Assembly: GCA_964437555.1 (NCBI GenBank)
Contig: CAYTHI010000003.1
Location: forward strand, 782-64,781
Length of the DNA: 64,000 nt
Origin: Candidatus Woesearchaeota archaeon
GTDB lineage: Archaea > Nanobdellota > Nanobdellia > Pacearchaeales > GW2011-AR1
Direction of reading: 5' to 3'
The notes under the pieces are model-generated. The model did not search any database. It worked only from the letters and a program-made list of their open reading frames with translations, and had not been told where the DNA came from. Positions 36,390-45,528 of the stretch are shown in pieces. Position numbers and translations under genes: made by a program. Position 1 is the stretch's first letter; each line of letters begins with the position of its first letter.

Positions 36390-36693
36390 GTTTTTTCCTT
36401 ATCTCATTTCTATAATGAGGGATTAGGCTCTTTATTGTATTGATTGTTTCTTGTTGCCCTTTCTTGTCGCTTATAGCTATAACAAACACTACTAAGTACT
36501 CTTCGTATATAAGATAATAAAATCTATGGTTTCCGATTTTCTTTTCCCTAAAGAATTTATATCCTAATGGCTTGCCAACGAAAGGGTTAATTTCCAGTTG
36601 TTTTATCTCTTTGTCTATTCTTTTTCTTATTGAGTTATCAAGTGCTTTATAATCTCCATCAAACTCTTCCGTTGTAAAAATTTTATATTTCAT
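36379..36693 (-). CDS. RelE/ParE-family type II toxin
   Basis: 104 aa. F-T-x-x-F-x-x-D-Y-K-x-L-D, EINPFVGKPLGYK and GNHRFYYLIYEEYLVVFVIAISDKK match the RelE/StbE fold pattern. Confidence 0.65.
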   Translation of the reverse strand: MKYKIFTTEEFDGDYKALDNSIRKRIDKEIKQLEINPFVGKPLGYKFFREKKIGNHRFYYLIYEEYLVVFVIAISDKKGQQETINTIKSLIPHYRNEIRKKLNF

Positions 36694-36803
36694 CTCTTTT
36701 TTATTCTTAATGTTGCTACTTAAATATTATTATTAATTTATTTTAATGTTTATCTTATGCCACCAAACCAAAACTTTAAATCTCCAATTCTTTTGAATTA
36801 AAT

Positions 36804-39281
36804 ATGGCTGAAGAGAAAATAGTCAAATTTTCTAAGATAGAGAAAAAGTGGCAGAAGAAGTGGGAAGATAAGAAAGTATTTGAAGTAAAAGAGAGAAAAG
36901 GCACAAAGAAGTGTTATGTTTTAGAAATGTATCCTTATCCTTCTGGAAGCGGGTTGCATATGGGGCATGCTCTTAATTATACAATAGGAGACATTTATGC
37001 GCGGTTCAAAAGAATGCAGGGATTCAATGTATTGCATCCTATGGGATTTGATTCATTCGGGCTTCCTGCTGAAAATGCAGCCATAGCTGCTAAATCCCAT
37101 CCTAAGAAATTTACAGAAGATGCAGTTAAAAATTACATAAAACAGATGAAAAATCTTGGATTAAGCTATGATTGGAGCAGAGAGATAGAAAGCCATAAGC
37201 CGGAATATTATAAATGGGACCAATGGATTTTCCTGAAAATGTTTGAAAAAGGGCTTGCTTACAGGAAAAAAGCTCCTGTTAATTTTTGTCCTAAATGTAA
37301 TAGTGTTTTGGCAAATGAGCAGGTTGTTAATGGAAAGTGCTGGAGGCATGAAGATTGTGATGTTCAAGTTAAGCAATTGGAGCAGTGGTTTTTCAAGACA
37401 ACTGCTTATGCGAATGAGCTTTACGAAGGATTGGACAAATTGGAAGGATGGCCTGAAACAATAAAGACATTGCAGAGGAATTGGATTGGTAAAAGCGAAG
37501 GAGCTGAAATAGATTTTGAAATTAATGACAGGATGTGGAAAGTTTTTACTACGAGGGCTGATACTTTGTTTGGAGTTACATTTCTTGTTGTTTCTTCACA
37601 GCATCCTGATTTGCTTGAATTAGTAGCAGACAACCAGATGAAAGAAGCCCTTGCATTTTTGAAAAAAATAAAATCAGTAAAAGAAGAAGATTTAGAGAAG
37701 ATGGATAAGCAGGGAGTTTTTACAGGCAGTTATGCTATTCATCCTTTAACAAAGGAGAAAATTCCTATCTGGACAGGGAATTTTGTTGTTGCTGATTACG
37801 GAAGCGGGATTGTAATGGGAGTTCCTGCGCATGACCAGAGGGATTTTGAGTTTGCTAAGAAATATGGATTAAAAATAAAGGAAGTCATACAGCCCGAGCA
37901 GAAAAAATTATCTAATAGCATGAAAGATGTATTTACTGATTATGGAATATTAGTAAACTCAGAGGCTTTCAACGGCCTTTTTTCTGATGAAGGTAAGGAG
38001 CACATCATAAAAGCTCTTGGATTCAAGGGAAAAGGAAGAAAGGCTGTAAAGTTCAGGCTTAAGGACTGGCTCATTTCAAGGCAGAGGTTTTGGGGAACAC
38101 CTATTCCAATTATTTATTGTGATTCGTGCGGAATTGTTCCTGTTCCTGAAAAAGATTTGCCTGTAATATTGCCGGACGATGTTAGATTTTCAGGAGTAGA
38201 AAATCCTCTTGCTGATTACAGGAAATTTGTTGAAGTTGATTGCCCAAAATGTAAATCACTAGGAAGAAGAGAGACAGACACAATGGATACTTTTGTCAAT
38301 TCTTCTTGGTATTTCTTAAGATACTTAGATAGCAGAAATAAAAAAGAAATTTTCGATAAGGAAAAGGCAAAATACTGGATGCCTGTTGATGTTTATATAG
38401 GAGGCAGGGAGCATGCCTGCCTTCATTTGATTTATTTTAGGTTTTATACAAAATTTCTAAGGGATTCAGGATTATTGAAAGTAGATGAGCCGGCTTTAAG
38501 ATTGTTTAATCAGGGAACTCTGCATGCGTCTGACGGAAGGAAGATGAGCAAATCTTACGGAAATATTATTGTGCCTGAAGCTGTTAGTGAGAAATATGGA
38601 ATAGATACTGCGAGGATGTTTTTGGTTTCAGTGGCTTCGCCTGATAAAGATATAAATTGGAGTGATGAAGGGGCTGAAGGAAGCCTGCGCTTTTTATCCA
38701 AAGTTGTGAATTTTGTTAAAAATTTTAAAAATAGGAAAATAACTGCTTTGCAGGAAAGCAGATTAAATAGGGCAATAAGGGATTATAGCCGCGACTTGGA
38801 AAATTTCAGGTATAATTTTGCTGTAATAAAATTAAGGGAATTATTTGGATATTTGGAAGAGGGATGCGATAAGAAGAGTATTGAGATTTTTATTAAATTA
38901 TTAAGCCCGATATGCCCGCATATTGCTGAGGAGCTATGGGAAATATTGGGAGGAAAGGGATTTGTTAGTTTGGAAAAATGGCCTGAATTTAATGAGAAGA
39001 AAATAGATGACAAATTGGAAGAAACTGAAAAACAAAAGGAGAAAGTTATAGAAGACATAAAGAATATTATCAGAATTATCAGCGAGAAGAGAAAAAAAGA
39101 GCCGAAGAAAGCTTACATCTATGCTTTGCCCAATGAAGTTAAGAATTATGATGCTGAACTAATAGGAATGAAAACTAATCTGAAAGCACAGATTTTTGCT
39201 GTGAATGACAAGAAAAAATATGATCCTGAAGGCAAGGCAGGAAAGGCAAAGCCGGGCAAGCCGGGAATTTATGTTGAATAA
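36804..39281 (+). CDS. leuS: leucyl-tRNA synthetase, bacterial-type
   Basis: YPYPSGSGLHMGHALNYTIGDIYARFKRMQGFNVLHPMGFDSFGLPAENAA and KMSKS (RKMSKSYGN). 825 aa. PMGFDSFGLPAEN matches the bacterial lineage rather than the archaeal one. Confidence 0.9.
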   Translation: MAEEKIVKFSKIEKKWQKKWEDKKVFEVKERKGTKKCYVLEMYPYPSGSGLHMGHALNYTIGDIYARFKRMQGFNVLHPMGFDSFGLPAENAAIAAKSHPKKFTEDAVKNYIKQMKNLGLSYDWSREIESHKPEYYKWDQWIFLKMFEKGLAYRKKAPVNFCPKCNSVLANEQVVNGKCWRHEDCDVQVKQLEQWFFKTTAYANELYEGLDKLEGWPETIKTLQRNWIGKSEGAEIDFEINDRMWKVFTTRADTLFGVTFLVVSSQHPDLLELVADNQMKEALAFLKKIKSVKEEDLEKMDKQGVFTGSYAIHPLTKEKIPIWTGNFVVADYGSGIVMGVPAHDQRDFEFAKKYGLKIKEVIQPEQKKLSNSMKDVFTDYGILVNSEAFNGLFSDEGKEHIIKALGFKGKGRKAVKFRLKDWLISRQRFWGTPIPIIYCDSCGIVPVPEKDLPVILPDDVRFSGVENPLADYRKFVEVDCPKCKSLGRRETDTMDTFVNSSWYFLRYLDSRNKKEIFDKEKAKYWMPVDVYIGGREHACLHLIYFRFYTKFLRDSGLLKVDEPALRLFNQGTLHASDGRKMSKSYGNIIVPEAVSEKYGIDTARMFLVSVASPDKDINWSDEGAEGSLRFLSKVVNFVKNFKNRKITALQESRLNRAIRDYSRDLENFRYNFAVIKLRELFGYLEEGCDKKSIEIFIKLLSPICPHIAEELWEILGGKGFVSLEKWPEFNEKKIDDKLEETEKQKEKVIEDIKNIIRIISEKRKKEPKKAYIYALPNEVKNYDAELIGMKTNLKAQIFAVNDKKKYDPEGKAGKAKPGKPGIYVE

Positions 39282-39639
39282 TATTTAAATGGCGGATAAA
39301 ATTATTTTTTTAATGAGAAAAATCTCTGAAAAAATAAATGTTGAAAGCATTTTGCGTTATGAATTATTTATTGCCATAGGCTTTTTGCTTGTTTTTGGAA
39401 CATTAGCCAGGCTTTCAGGGTTTTATAATTTTTCCTCTGATTGATTCTGGTTTTTGGCAGGAGCCGGCCTGATTGTTGAAGGATTTATTTCTTTAAATAA
39501 GCAGAGAAAATTTGACAAAAAATATAAGATTCTGGAAAAGAAAGGATAGATTAGCCTTGCTCAAACGATATAATTTTGACCTATTTTGTGTATTCTCCAT
39601 CTCAATTAATTTTATTAATCACACATTCAGGATTGTTGT

Positions 39640-40419
39640 ATGACTTCAGATGTTTTATCTGCCTTGATTTTGGCAGTTATTCAGGGATTTACAGAATGGC
39701 TTCCTATTTCAAGTTCGGGGCATCTTATTTTATTTGAAAAGATTTTAGGATTTAATACGAGTTTGCCTTTTGATGTTGCGCTTCATTTTGGCACTTTAAT
39801 GGCTGTTTTTGTTTATTTTGGAAAGGAAATTGTGGATATTTTAGAAGATCTTTTCAGATTGAAATTTGACAGCACTAATGGAAAAATGGGAATTTTTCTT
39901 ATTTTTGCTTCTATTCCTGCCGCAATTCTTGGGTATTTTACTTTGGGATTCTTTGAAGCAGTTTTTTCAAATCTGACGGTTATTGCATGGGGGTTTGCTC
40001 TTACAGGCATGTTCCTTCTGATATCAAGTGTTCCCAGGAAACTTGAAGAAAACAGGCTTAATTTTAAGAAATCCTTTTTGATTGGAGTTGCGCAAGCCTT
40101 GGCAATTATTCCAGGGATATCAAGATCAGGGGCAACTATTTCAGCCGGAATAATGCAGGGATTGAATGAAAAAGATGCAATGAAGTTTTCTTTTCTTTTG
40201 TCGATACCGATAGTTTTTGGAGCCAATTTAGTAACAGTGGAAAAGGCTGTTCTTTCTCCTACTTTTATATGGGCAACTCTTGTCAGTTTTCTTGTTGGAT
40301 TATTATCAATATATTTGATGTTTAACTATGTTTTAACAAAGAGAAAAAACTTGTTTTGGTTCGGACTTTACTGTCTAATCCTCGCTTTCGGAATAGGATT
40401 TTATTTAACTTTATTTTAA
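39640..40419 (+). CDS. uppP: undecaprenyl-diphosphatase (UppP/BacA family)
   Basis: EWLPISSSGHL and SRSGATISAG motifs. 8 TM segments. Confidence 0.85.
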   Translation: MTSDVLSALILAVIQGFTEWLPISSSGHLILFEKILGFNTSLPFDVALHFGTLMAVFVYFGKEIVDILEDLFRLKFDSTNGKMGIFLIFASIPAAILGYFTLGFFEAVFSNLTVIAWGFALTGMFLLISSVPRKLEENRLNFKKSFLIGVAQALAIIPGISRSGATISAGIMQGLNEKDAMKFSFLLSIPIVFGANLVTVEKAVLSPTFIWATLVSFLVGLLSIYLMFNYVLTKRKNLFWFGLYCLILAFGIGFYLTLF

Positions 40420-40490
40420 AGTATATCTTTGATGATAGAATTGTTTTGTATGCAACAATCTTTATAAGCACTTAACTATTAAGAATTTAG

Positions 40491-41213
40491 ATGGTAAAAG
40501 AGGGGATGGATAGCCTGGTTTCTTCTATACGTCCACAGCATTCTGAAATACTAAGGCCCAGAACTTATTCTTTTGAAATTTTGGATCATCCATCTCTTTT
40601 TGAACCTTCTCTTAAAACAAGAAGTTTATTTGAAAGCGTTGGAGATACAGCTAATAATGTTGTGAGTAATTATTATGAGTCTTTAGTCGGAGCAATTGTT
40701 GGCTGTACTCATAGAAGAGCTCTTGTTGAATCTCAAGATGGCAGAAGCGGCTATCCTGATTTTATAGATGTGCGTAATCATACCGGAACCGAGGTCAAAG
40801 CAGTTGTACAAGGAAGAACTCTTGATTTAAGAGATAATCAAATAGCTTATTTAGCAGATTTCCAATCTACTCATCGTAGATATAGATTGCATTTTGCAGT
40901 TGCACGCTATAGAACTCCAAATATTCCTCTGCAAGGTATGAATTCTGCTGAATTATTAGATTTTCTTACTAAACACGCAACTGCGTATATGATTCTTTTG
41001 CCATTTAGTCTTGCACATCATTTCTTTGAGGCGGGAGAAGAAAAAAGGGTTGCGCATAGGTATAAGGGAAGTAAAACGTGGCTTCCCAGAATAAGATTAA
41101 GGTCCAGAGTATTAGATAATCTTGCATTTGATTCAGCGCAAGTTATAGAACAAGTTGGCTTGAATCCTGATAGCTACAGAACGTCAAGGAAAAAGGTCTT
41201 CTCCCAGACTTAG
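40491..41213 (+). CDS. hypothetical protein, possible PD-(D/E)xK nuclease fold
   Basis: GYPDFIDV...12 aa...EVK resembles PD-x(n)-ExK. G+C visibly higher than background. TATA-like CTTTATAAGC ~25 bp upstream. Confidence 0.3.
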   Translation: MVKEGMDSLVSSIRPQHSEILRPRTYSFEILDHPSLFEPSLKTRSLFESVGDTANNVVSNYYESLVGAIVGCTHRRALVESQDGRSGYPDFIDVRNHTGTEVKAVVQGRTLDLRDNQIAYLADFQSTHRRYRLHFAVARYRTPNIPLQGMNSAELLDFLTKHATAYMILLPFSLAHHFFEAGEEKRVAHRYKGSKTWLPRIRLRSRVLDNLAFDSAQVIEQVGLNPDSYRTSRKKVFSQT

Positions 41214-41247
41214 GTGCCATGATTCTGAAATCAGATCATTTCCAATT

Positions 41248-41442
41248 TTGAAAATTGACGATAGAATGCATAGAACCTGGATAAGAGAATTTGTGAAAGA
41301 TTACAGGCCAGAATCTTTGCCTTCTTATAAGCCCGATAGCGGGAGAGATAGTGATAAAGATGTGGTTTTGAGTGCTGAAAGAGATGATGACCTTCTGCCT
41401 GTTACTCCTGAATTTGTTGCTGATGAAGCAGCGCCATTTTAA
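41248..41442 (+). CDS. hypothetical small acidic protein
   Basis: 64 aa, TTG start in the track (internal ATG at 41266). Same G+C-rich island. Confidence 0.25.
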   Translation: MKIDDRMHRTWIREFVKDYRPESLPSYKPDSGRDSDKDVVLSAERDDDLLPVTPEFVADEAAPF

Positions 41443-41444
41443 TT

Positions 41445-41506
41445 ATGTCAAGAAGTCTCCTCAACTTCTTGAACATCCAAAAAACTAAACTTAAAGTTTT
41501 TTTGAT
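41445..41506 (+). repeat. 62-bp repeat element, copy B
   Basis: Matches 29887..29948 with an inverted loop. Overlaps the last 5 codons and the stop of alaS. Confidence 0.6.
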
Positions 41507-43713
41507 TTAACAATTGCCTTTATTCTTCTTACTCCGGCTGCGACTGATTCTTCCTTGATAATTTTAAAGTAGCCAATTTCTTTTGTGTTCTTTACATGAG
41601 GGCCTGTGCAGATTTCTTTGCTGAACCATCCGCCTTTTTCTTTTTTATCTATAATTGTGTATACGGAAACTTTCTCTGGATATTTGTGTCCGAATTCTGC
41701 CTGTGCTCCTGATTTTAAGGCATCCTGTAATTTTTCCTCTGTTCTTATGACTTCTAACCCTTCAGAGATTTTTCCATTTACTAAATCCTGAACTTTCTTT
41801 ATTTCTTCATCTGTAATTTTTCTTGGAAAATTGAAATCAAATCTTAAGCGTTCTGGAGTTATATTGGAACCGCGCTGTTTCACTTCTTGGCCTAGGATTC
41901 TTCTCAAGGCTTCGTTTAGCAAATGAGTTGCAGTATGAAGATGAGTTGTTGCTTCTGATGAATCTGCAAGACCTGATTTGAAGACACCTGCTGACTGAGT
42001 TCTTGATAATTCCTGGTGTTTTCTCATTTCAGATTCAAATCCTTTTCTGTCAAATTTTAGATTTCTAAATTTTTTGCATTCCTCTTCAATTAATTCTAAA
42101 GGGAAACCATAGGATTGATATAAGAGGAACGCTTCTTTTCCTGTAAGAGTTCCCATGCTTCTTGACTTTGAAGTTTTTCCTTTATTTTCTATAGCTTCAA
42201 TTATTTTTTTATTAAATATCATCAATCCCCTTTCAATGGTATTATTAAATTTATTTTCTTCTTCATCTAATTGTGTAAGAATGAAATTCCTATTTTTTTC
42301 TAACTCTGCATAATCAGAATAAATTTTAAAGACAGGTTCAGCAACTTTATGCATAAAGTTTTTTAAGGCATATCTTTGTCCTAACCTTACACTTCTTCTT
42401 ATTAATCTTCTTAAAACATAACCTCTTCCCCTATTGCTTGGTGTAACTCCCTCTGCAAGTATAAACACTGAGGCCTTTACATGGTCAGCTATTATCCTCA
42501 TTTTTTCTTGATCTTTATATTTATTGTTAGCTAATTTCTCGATCCCGACTATTATCGGTTTCCAAATTTCTGTTAAGTAATTATCGTCTAAATTGTTTAA
42601 AATTGCAAGGGTTCTTTCAACTCCCATGCCGGTGTCTACATTTTTCTGCTTTAATGGAATAAAATAGTATCGGTTGCCTTCAATAAACTTTTCAATTTGA
42701 TTTGGATTTTTGTATAGTTCCGCTTTATTTATCCCTGCTTTTTTTGCAGATTCTAAATTGTCTTTTTTATGGTCAAAATAAATGACTTCTTCTGGCTTTA
42801 AATTGTAATTATTTAATAATTTTTTAAAAAATTCTGGATTATCTTTTGAGGGATTTTTATCAAACCCTATTATGTCATAGGGCTTTCCAAGTCTATCTTC
42901 AATGTTTTTAAGGGTTTCTTCAGTATTAAAATTCTGTAAGACCTCTTCTACTCTTTTCTTATCATTCGTCACAATAATTTTTTTTATTCTATATCTTTGT
43001 AGTAATTCATGCAATTTTTGATTTAATTTATCTTTGTCATTTATCAGACATTTTATGGCATCCACTAATATGTATTTTATTTCTGTCTTGTTGTACTGCA
43101 TAAAAACATCATTCCAGATTTCAACCCAGTTCTTATCTTTTGGATTGAATTTCTTTGGAGCCGGCTTTTTTCCTGCCCAATAAAACATCTCTGTATCAGG
43201 ACCGCATGGGCCTGTTTTTCCTGCAGGCCCCCACCAATTGTCTTCTTTTGGAAGGAAGGCAATACGTTCTTTTGGTATTCCTAAAGAAAGCCAGACATTT
43301 GCGGATTCTTCATCTTTTTTCGCATCTTTATCTCCTTTAAAACAGGAAATTGCTAATTTATTAATCGGAATTTTAAGTTCTTTTGTAAGGAATTCGTATG
43401 AGAAAGAAATAGCTTCTTCTTTCCAATAATCACCTAAAGACCAGTTTCCGAGCATTTCAAAGAAAGTATGATGGGCTGTATCTCCGACTTCATTTATGTC
43501 TCCTGTTCTTATGCACTTCTGAACGCTTGTGAGCCTTCTTCCAAGAGGATGAGGATTCCCTATTATGTATGGAACAAGGGGGTGCATACCGGCTGTTGTG
43601 AATAATACAGTAGGATCATTTTCCGGTATTAGGGATGATGAAGGGATTATTTCATGCCTTTTTCTCTTGAAGAAATTAAGGTATTTATCTATCAGGTTTT
43701 TTCTGGTTATCAT
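41491..43713 (-). CDS. alaS: alanyl-tRNA synthetase (bacterial-like catalytic core, editing domain present, no C-Ala) with ~150-aa HAD-like insertion
   Basis: LFTTAGM, HHTFFEMLGNWSLGDYWK, DTGMGVER, editing HTATHLL and CTGPHV. ~150 extra residues between IWNDVFMQYNKTE and GNRYYFIPL carry HAD-like motifs (IIVTND, GKPYDIIGFD, EEVIYFDHKKDN...AKKAGI). Confidence 0.85.
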   Translation of the reverse strand: MITRKNLIDKYLNFFKRKRHEIIPSSSLIPENDPTVLFTTAGMHPLVPYIIGNPHPLGRRLTSVQKCIRTGDINEVGDTAHHTFFEMLGNWSLGDYWKEEAISFSYEFLTKELKIPINKLAISCFKGDKDAKKDEESANVWLSLGIPKERIAFLPKEDNWWGPAGKTGPCGPDTEMFYWAGKKPAPKKFNPKDKNWVEIWNDVFMQYNKTEIKYILVDAIKCLINDKDKLNQKLHELLQRYRIKKIIVTNDKKRVEEVLQNFNTEETLKNIEDRLGKPYDIIGFDKNPSKDNPEFFKKLLNNYNLKPEEVIYFDHKKDNLESAKKAGINKAELYKNPNQIEKFIEGNRYYFIPLKQKNVDTGMGVERTLAILNNLDDNYLTEIWKPIIVGIEKLANNKYKDQEKMRIIADHVKASVFILAEGVTPSNRGRGYVLRRLIRRSVRLGQRYALKNFMHKVAEPVFKIYSDYAELEKNRNFILTQLDEEENKFNNTIERGLMIFNKKIIEAIENKGKTSKSRSMGTLTGKEAFLLYQSYGFPLELIEEECKKFRNLKFDRKGFESEMRKHQELSRTQSAGVFKSGLADSSEATTHLHTATHLLNEALRRILGQEVKQRGSNITPERLRFDFNFPRKITDEEIKKVQDLVNGKISEGLEVIRTEEKLQDALKSGAQAEFGHKYPEKVSVYTIIDKKEKGGWFSKEICTGPHVKNTKEIGYFKIIKEESVAAGVRRIKAIVKSKKL

Positions 43714-43749
43714 GGAGAGATATCTTGAAGATTATATATAAAATTAGTG

Positions 43750-44100
43750 TTATTGCAATTTTTCTATCTGCCTTTTAATTTCTTCTATTTCCAGCTCCAA
43801 ATCCTCTCTTTTTTTATGCTCGTGCTTTATTTCTTCCAACTCTTCTTTTGCTTTTTCGTTTATTGAAGGGAGCTGCTTATAGAGTGCTTTCAATTCTTCA
43901 ATTGCTTCATTCGCCTTTTTCTTTATCAATAATTTTATAGCGAGCTTTTCTTCCCTTACTTTCTGATATTCCCTAATTTTTTTTATTATCTCTAAGATTT
44001 CCATTTGAGAATGGAGAAGATTTCTTTTTGCAAAAATTCTTTCTGATTTATCAAGACCTATATATTCCATTTTATTCTGTTTTCTCAAAGACTTCTTCAA
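43750..44100 (-). CDS. coiled-coil protein (hypothetical)
   Basis: 116 aa, K/E-rich heptad-like sequence. Confidence 0.35.
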   Translation of the reverse strand: MKKSLRKQNKMEYIGLDKSERIFAKRNLLHSQMEILEIIKKIREYQKVREEKLAIKLLIKKKANEAIEELKALYKQLPSINEKAKEELEEIKHEHKKREDLELEIEEIKRQIEKLQ

Positions 44101-44650
44101 TGACTGTTCTTATCTTTCCTTTTAATGACTGAAGCTCTTTTTCTAAGTAATTTATTTCGACATCTTCTTTTACCTTTGTATCTTTCAGCTTTTTGAATAA
44201 GTCGTCTATTTCTCCGAGCTTTTCCTGGACATTAGTTAAAGAGCCTCTGGCCGTCTTGAATTTGTCTATTTTTACAAAGATGGCATGCTTGTCTTTAGCA
44301 GGCATGCTGCCTGATTCAATTTGCTGAGGAAATCTCGTTTGTCTTATTTCCTGAAAATCTTGTTCTGGGAAGGCGGATTCAGATTCATTAACTTCCATTA
44401 GTTGTGGCATTTTGCTTTTAAGTTGAGGAAGAGGCAATGGAGCAGATTCTTGGATTTCGTCAAGCCTCATCATTGGCTGATTTTCTATCGGAGGCAGTTT
44501 TGGAAGGTTTCCTATCCGCACATCCTTGATTTCTTCTCCCTCAGGAGTTTCTTCAGTTATGGGGATTATCGGAGGCAGCTCAATCCTTGAGTTTGGCGCT
44601 GGCGGAAGCTCCGGCAGACCTTCGTTTTTCCCCTTTTTTTGCCAGAACAT
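44072..44650 (-). CDS. hypothetical protein with Pro-rich N-terminus and helical C-terminus
   Basis: 192 aa. LPELPPAPN...PKLPPIENQ then coiled-coil. Overlaps the downstream ORF by 29 nt. Confidence 0.35.
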   Translation of the reverse strand: MFWQKKGKNEGLPELPPAPNSRIELPPIIPITEETPEGEEIKDVRIGNLPKLPPIENQPMMRLDEIQESAPLPLPQLKSKMPQLMEVNESESAFPEQDFQEIRQTRFPQQIESGSMPAKDKHAIFVKIDKFKTARGSLTNVQEKLGEIDDLFKKLKDTKVKEDVEINYLEKELQSLKGKIRTVIEEVFEKTE

Positions 44651-44742
44651 TTTACTACTCTAATTGGGATATTTGGTTTAAATATGTTGCGAAATTCATA
44701 GTGAGTAGAAAGGTTTTTATTTGCTCTTCTTTAACTTACTTG

Positions 44743-45516
44743 ATGCCACGCCATAAAACCAGGAAAAGAGTCAATAGGATAAAAAAGAAATCAGCAAAAC
44801 CCGCTTTAATTGATAAATTTTCAATTGATTTGGTTAAGAGCGCTGTTGTCTCTGTTACAGGACCGGGAAGTGAGAAGATTGTTGACCTTTTAGCCGGAAA
44901 GAAAAATGTTAATGAATTTGATATTTCCCAGAAACTCGGCTCTACTATAAATCAAACGAGAAATGTCCTGTACAAATTATCTGACGAGGGCCTAGTCAGC
45001 TTTATCAGGAAGAAGGACAAAAAGAACGGCGGATGGTACACTTATTTCTGGACTCTTGATATATCGCGGGCTCTTGACCATCTTAAGGATATAATACAGA
45101 GAAAAATACAGGAGTTAAATAAAGAGCTTGCAAACAGACAGAGCGGGAGAATATATCATTGCGAGGTCTGCAATATTGAATATAGCGAAGAAGATGCATT
45201 GCTGAATTCTTTTTCCTGCCCGGAATGCGGAAGTGTGATGATGTTGAGAGACAATCAGCCGGTAATATCCAGGCTGAATGCCGAGATAGAGAAGGCAAAG
45301 CAGAATTTAGGCAGCCTTTTTGTAGAAATTGATAAATTGCAGAAAAAAGAAGGAGTTGTTATGGTTAGAAAACAAAAGGCAGAGGAGAGAAAGAAGAAGG
45401 CCGAGAGAAAGAAGAAGAGAGAGGAAAATCAAAAAAACAAGCCTAAAAAGAAAGTAAAAAATATTAAAAAAGCTGCTAAGCGTTCATCTAAAAAGAAGAA
45501 GAAAAAGAAGAGATAA
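44743..45516 (+). CDS. tfe: transcription factor E (TFE, TFIIE-alpha homolog)
   Basis: Winged helix GSEKIVDLLAGKKNVNEFDISQKLGSTINQTRNVLYKLSDEGLVSFIRKKDKKNGGWYTYFW, then Zn ribbon CEVC...CPECG, then a K-rich tail. ATG at 44743 chosen over the longer track ORF. Confidence 0.8.
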   Translation: MPRHKTRKRVNRIKKKSAKPALIDKFSIDLVKSAVVSVTGPGSEKIVDLLAGKKNVNEFDISQKLGSTINQTRNVLYKLSDEGLVSFIRKKDKKNGGWYTYFWTLDISRALDHLKDIIQRKIQELNKELANRQSGRIYHCEVCNIEYSEEDALLNSFSCPECGSVMMLRDNQPVISRLNAEIEKAKQNLGSLFVEIDKLQKKEGVVMVRKQKAEERKKKAERKKKREENQKNKPKKKVKNIKKAAKRSSKKKKKKKR

Positions 45517-45528
45517 ATTTTGATTATC

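Noticed and set aside
37161-39058. Small ORFs nested in leuS on either strand
   Set aside because: Within a continuous, motif-rich LeuRS frame. Spurious.
29887-41506. The two 62-bp repeats as attL/attR of an 11.6-kb integrated element
   Set aside because: The interval is filled with essential single-copy genes (glyS, leuS, endA, rps17e, tRNA-Met, uppP). More likely this is a repeated terminator or structured element, or a scar of rearrangement.
42600-43100. Intein in alaS
   Set aside because: The extra segment does not start with Cys/Ser/Thr, does not end in His-Asn, and is not followed by Cys/Ser/Thr. It looks like an inserted HAD-like domain, not a self-splicing element.
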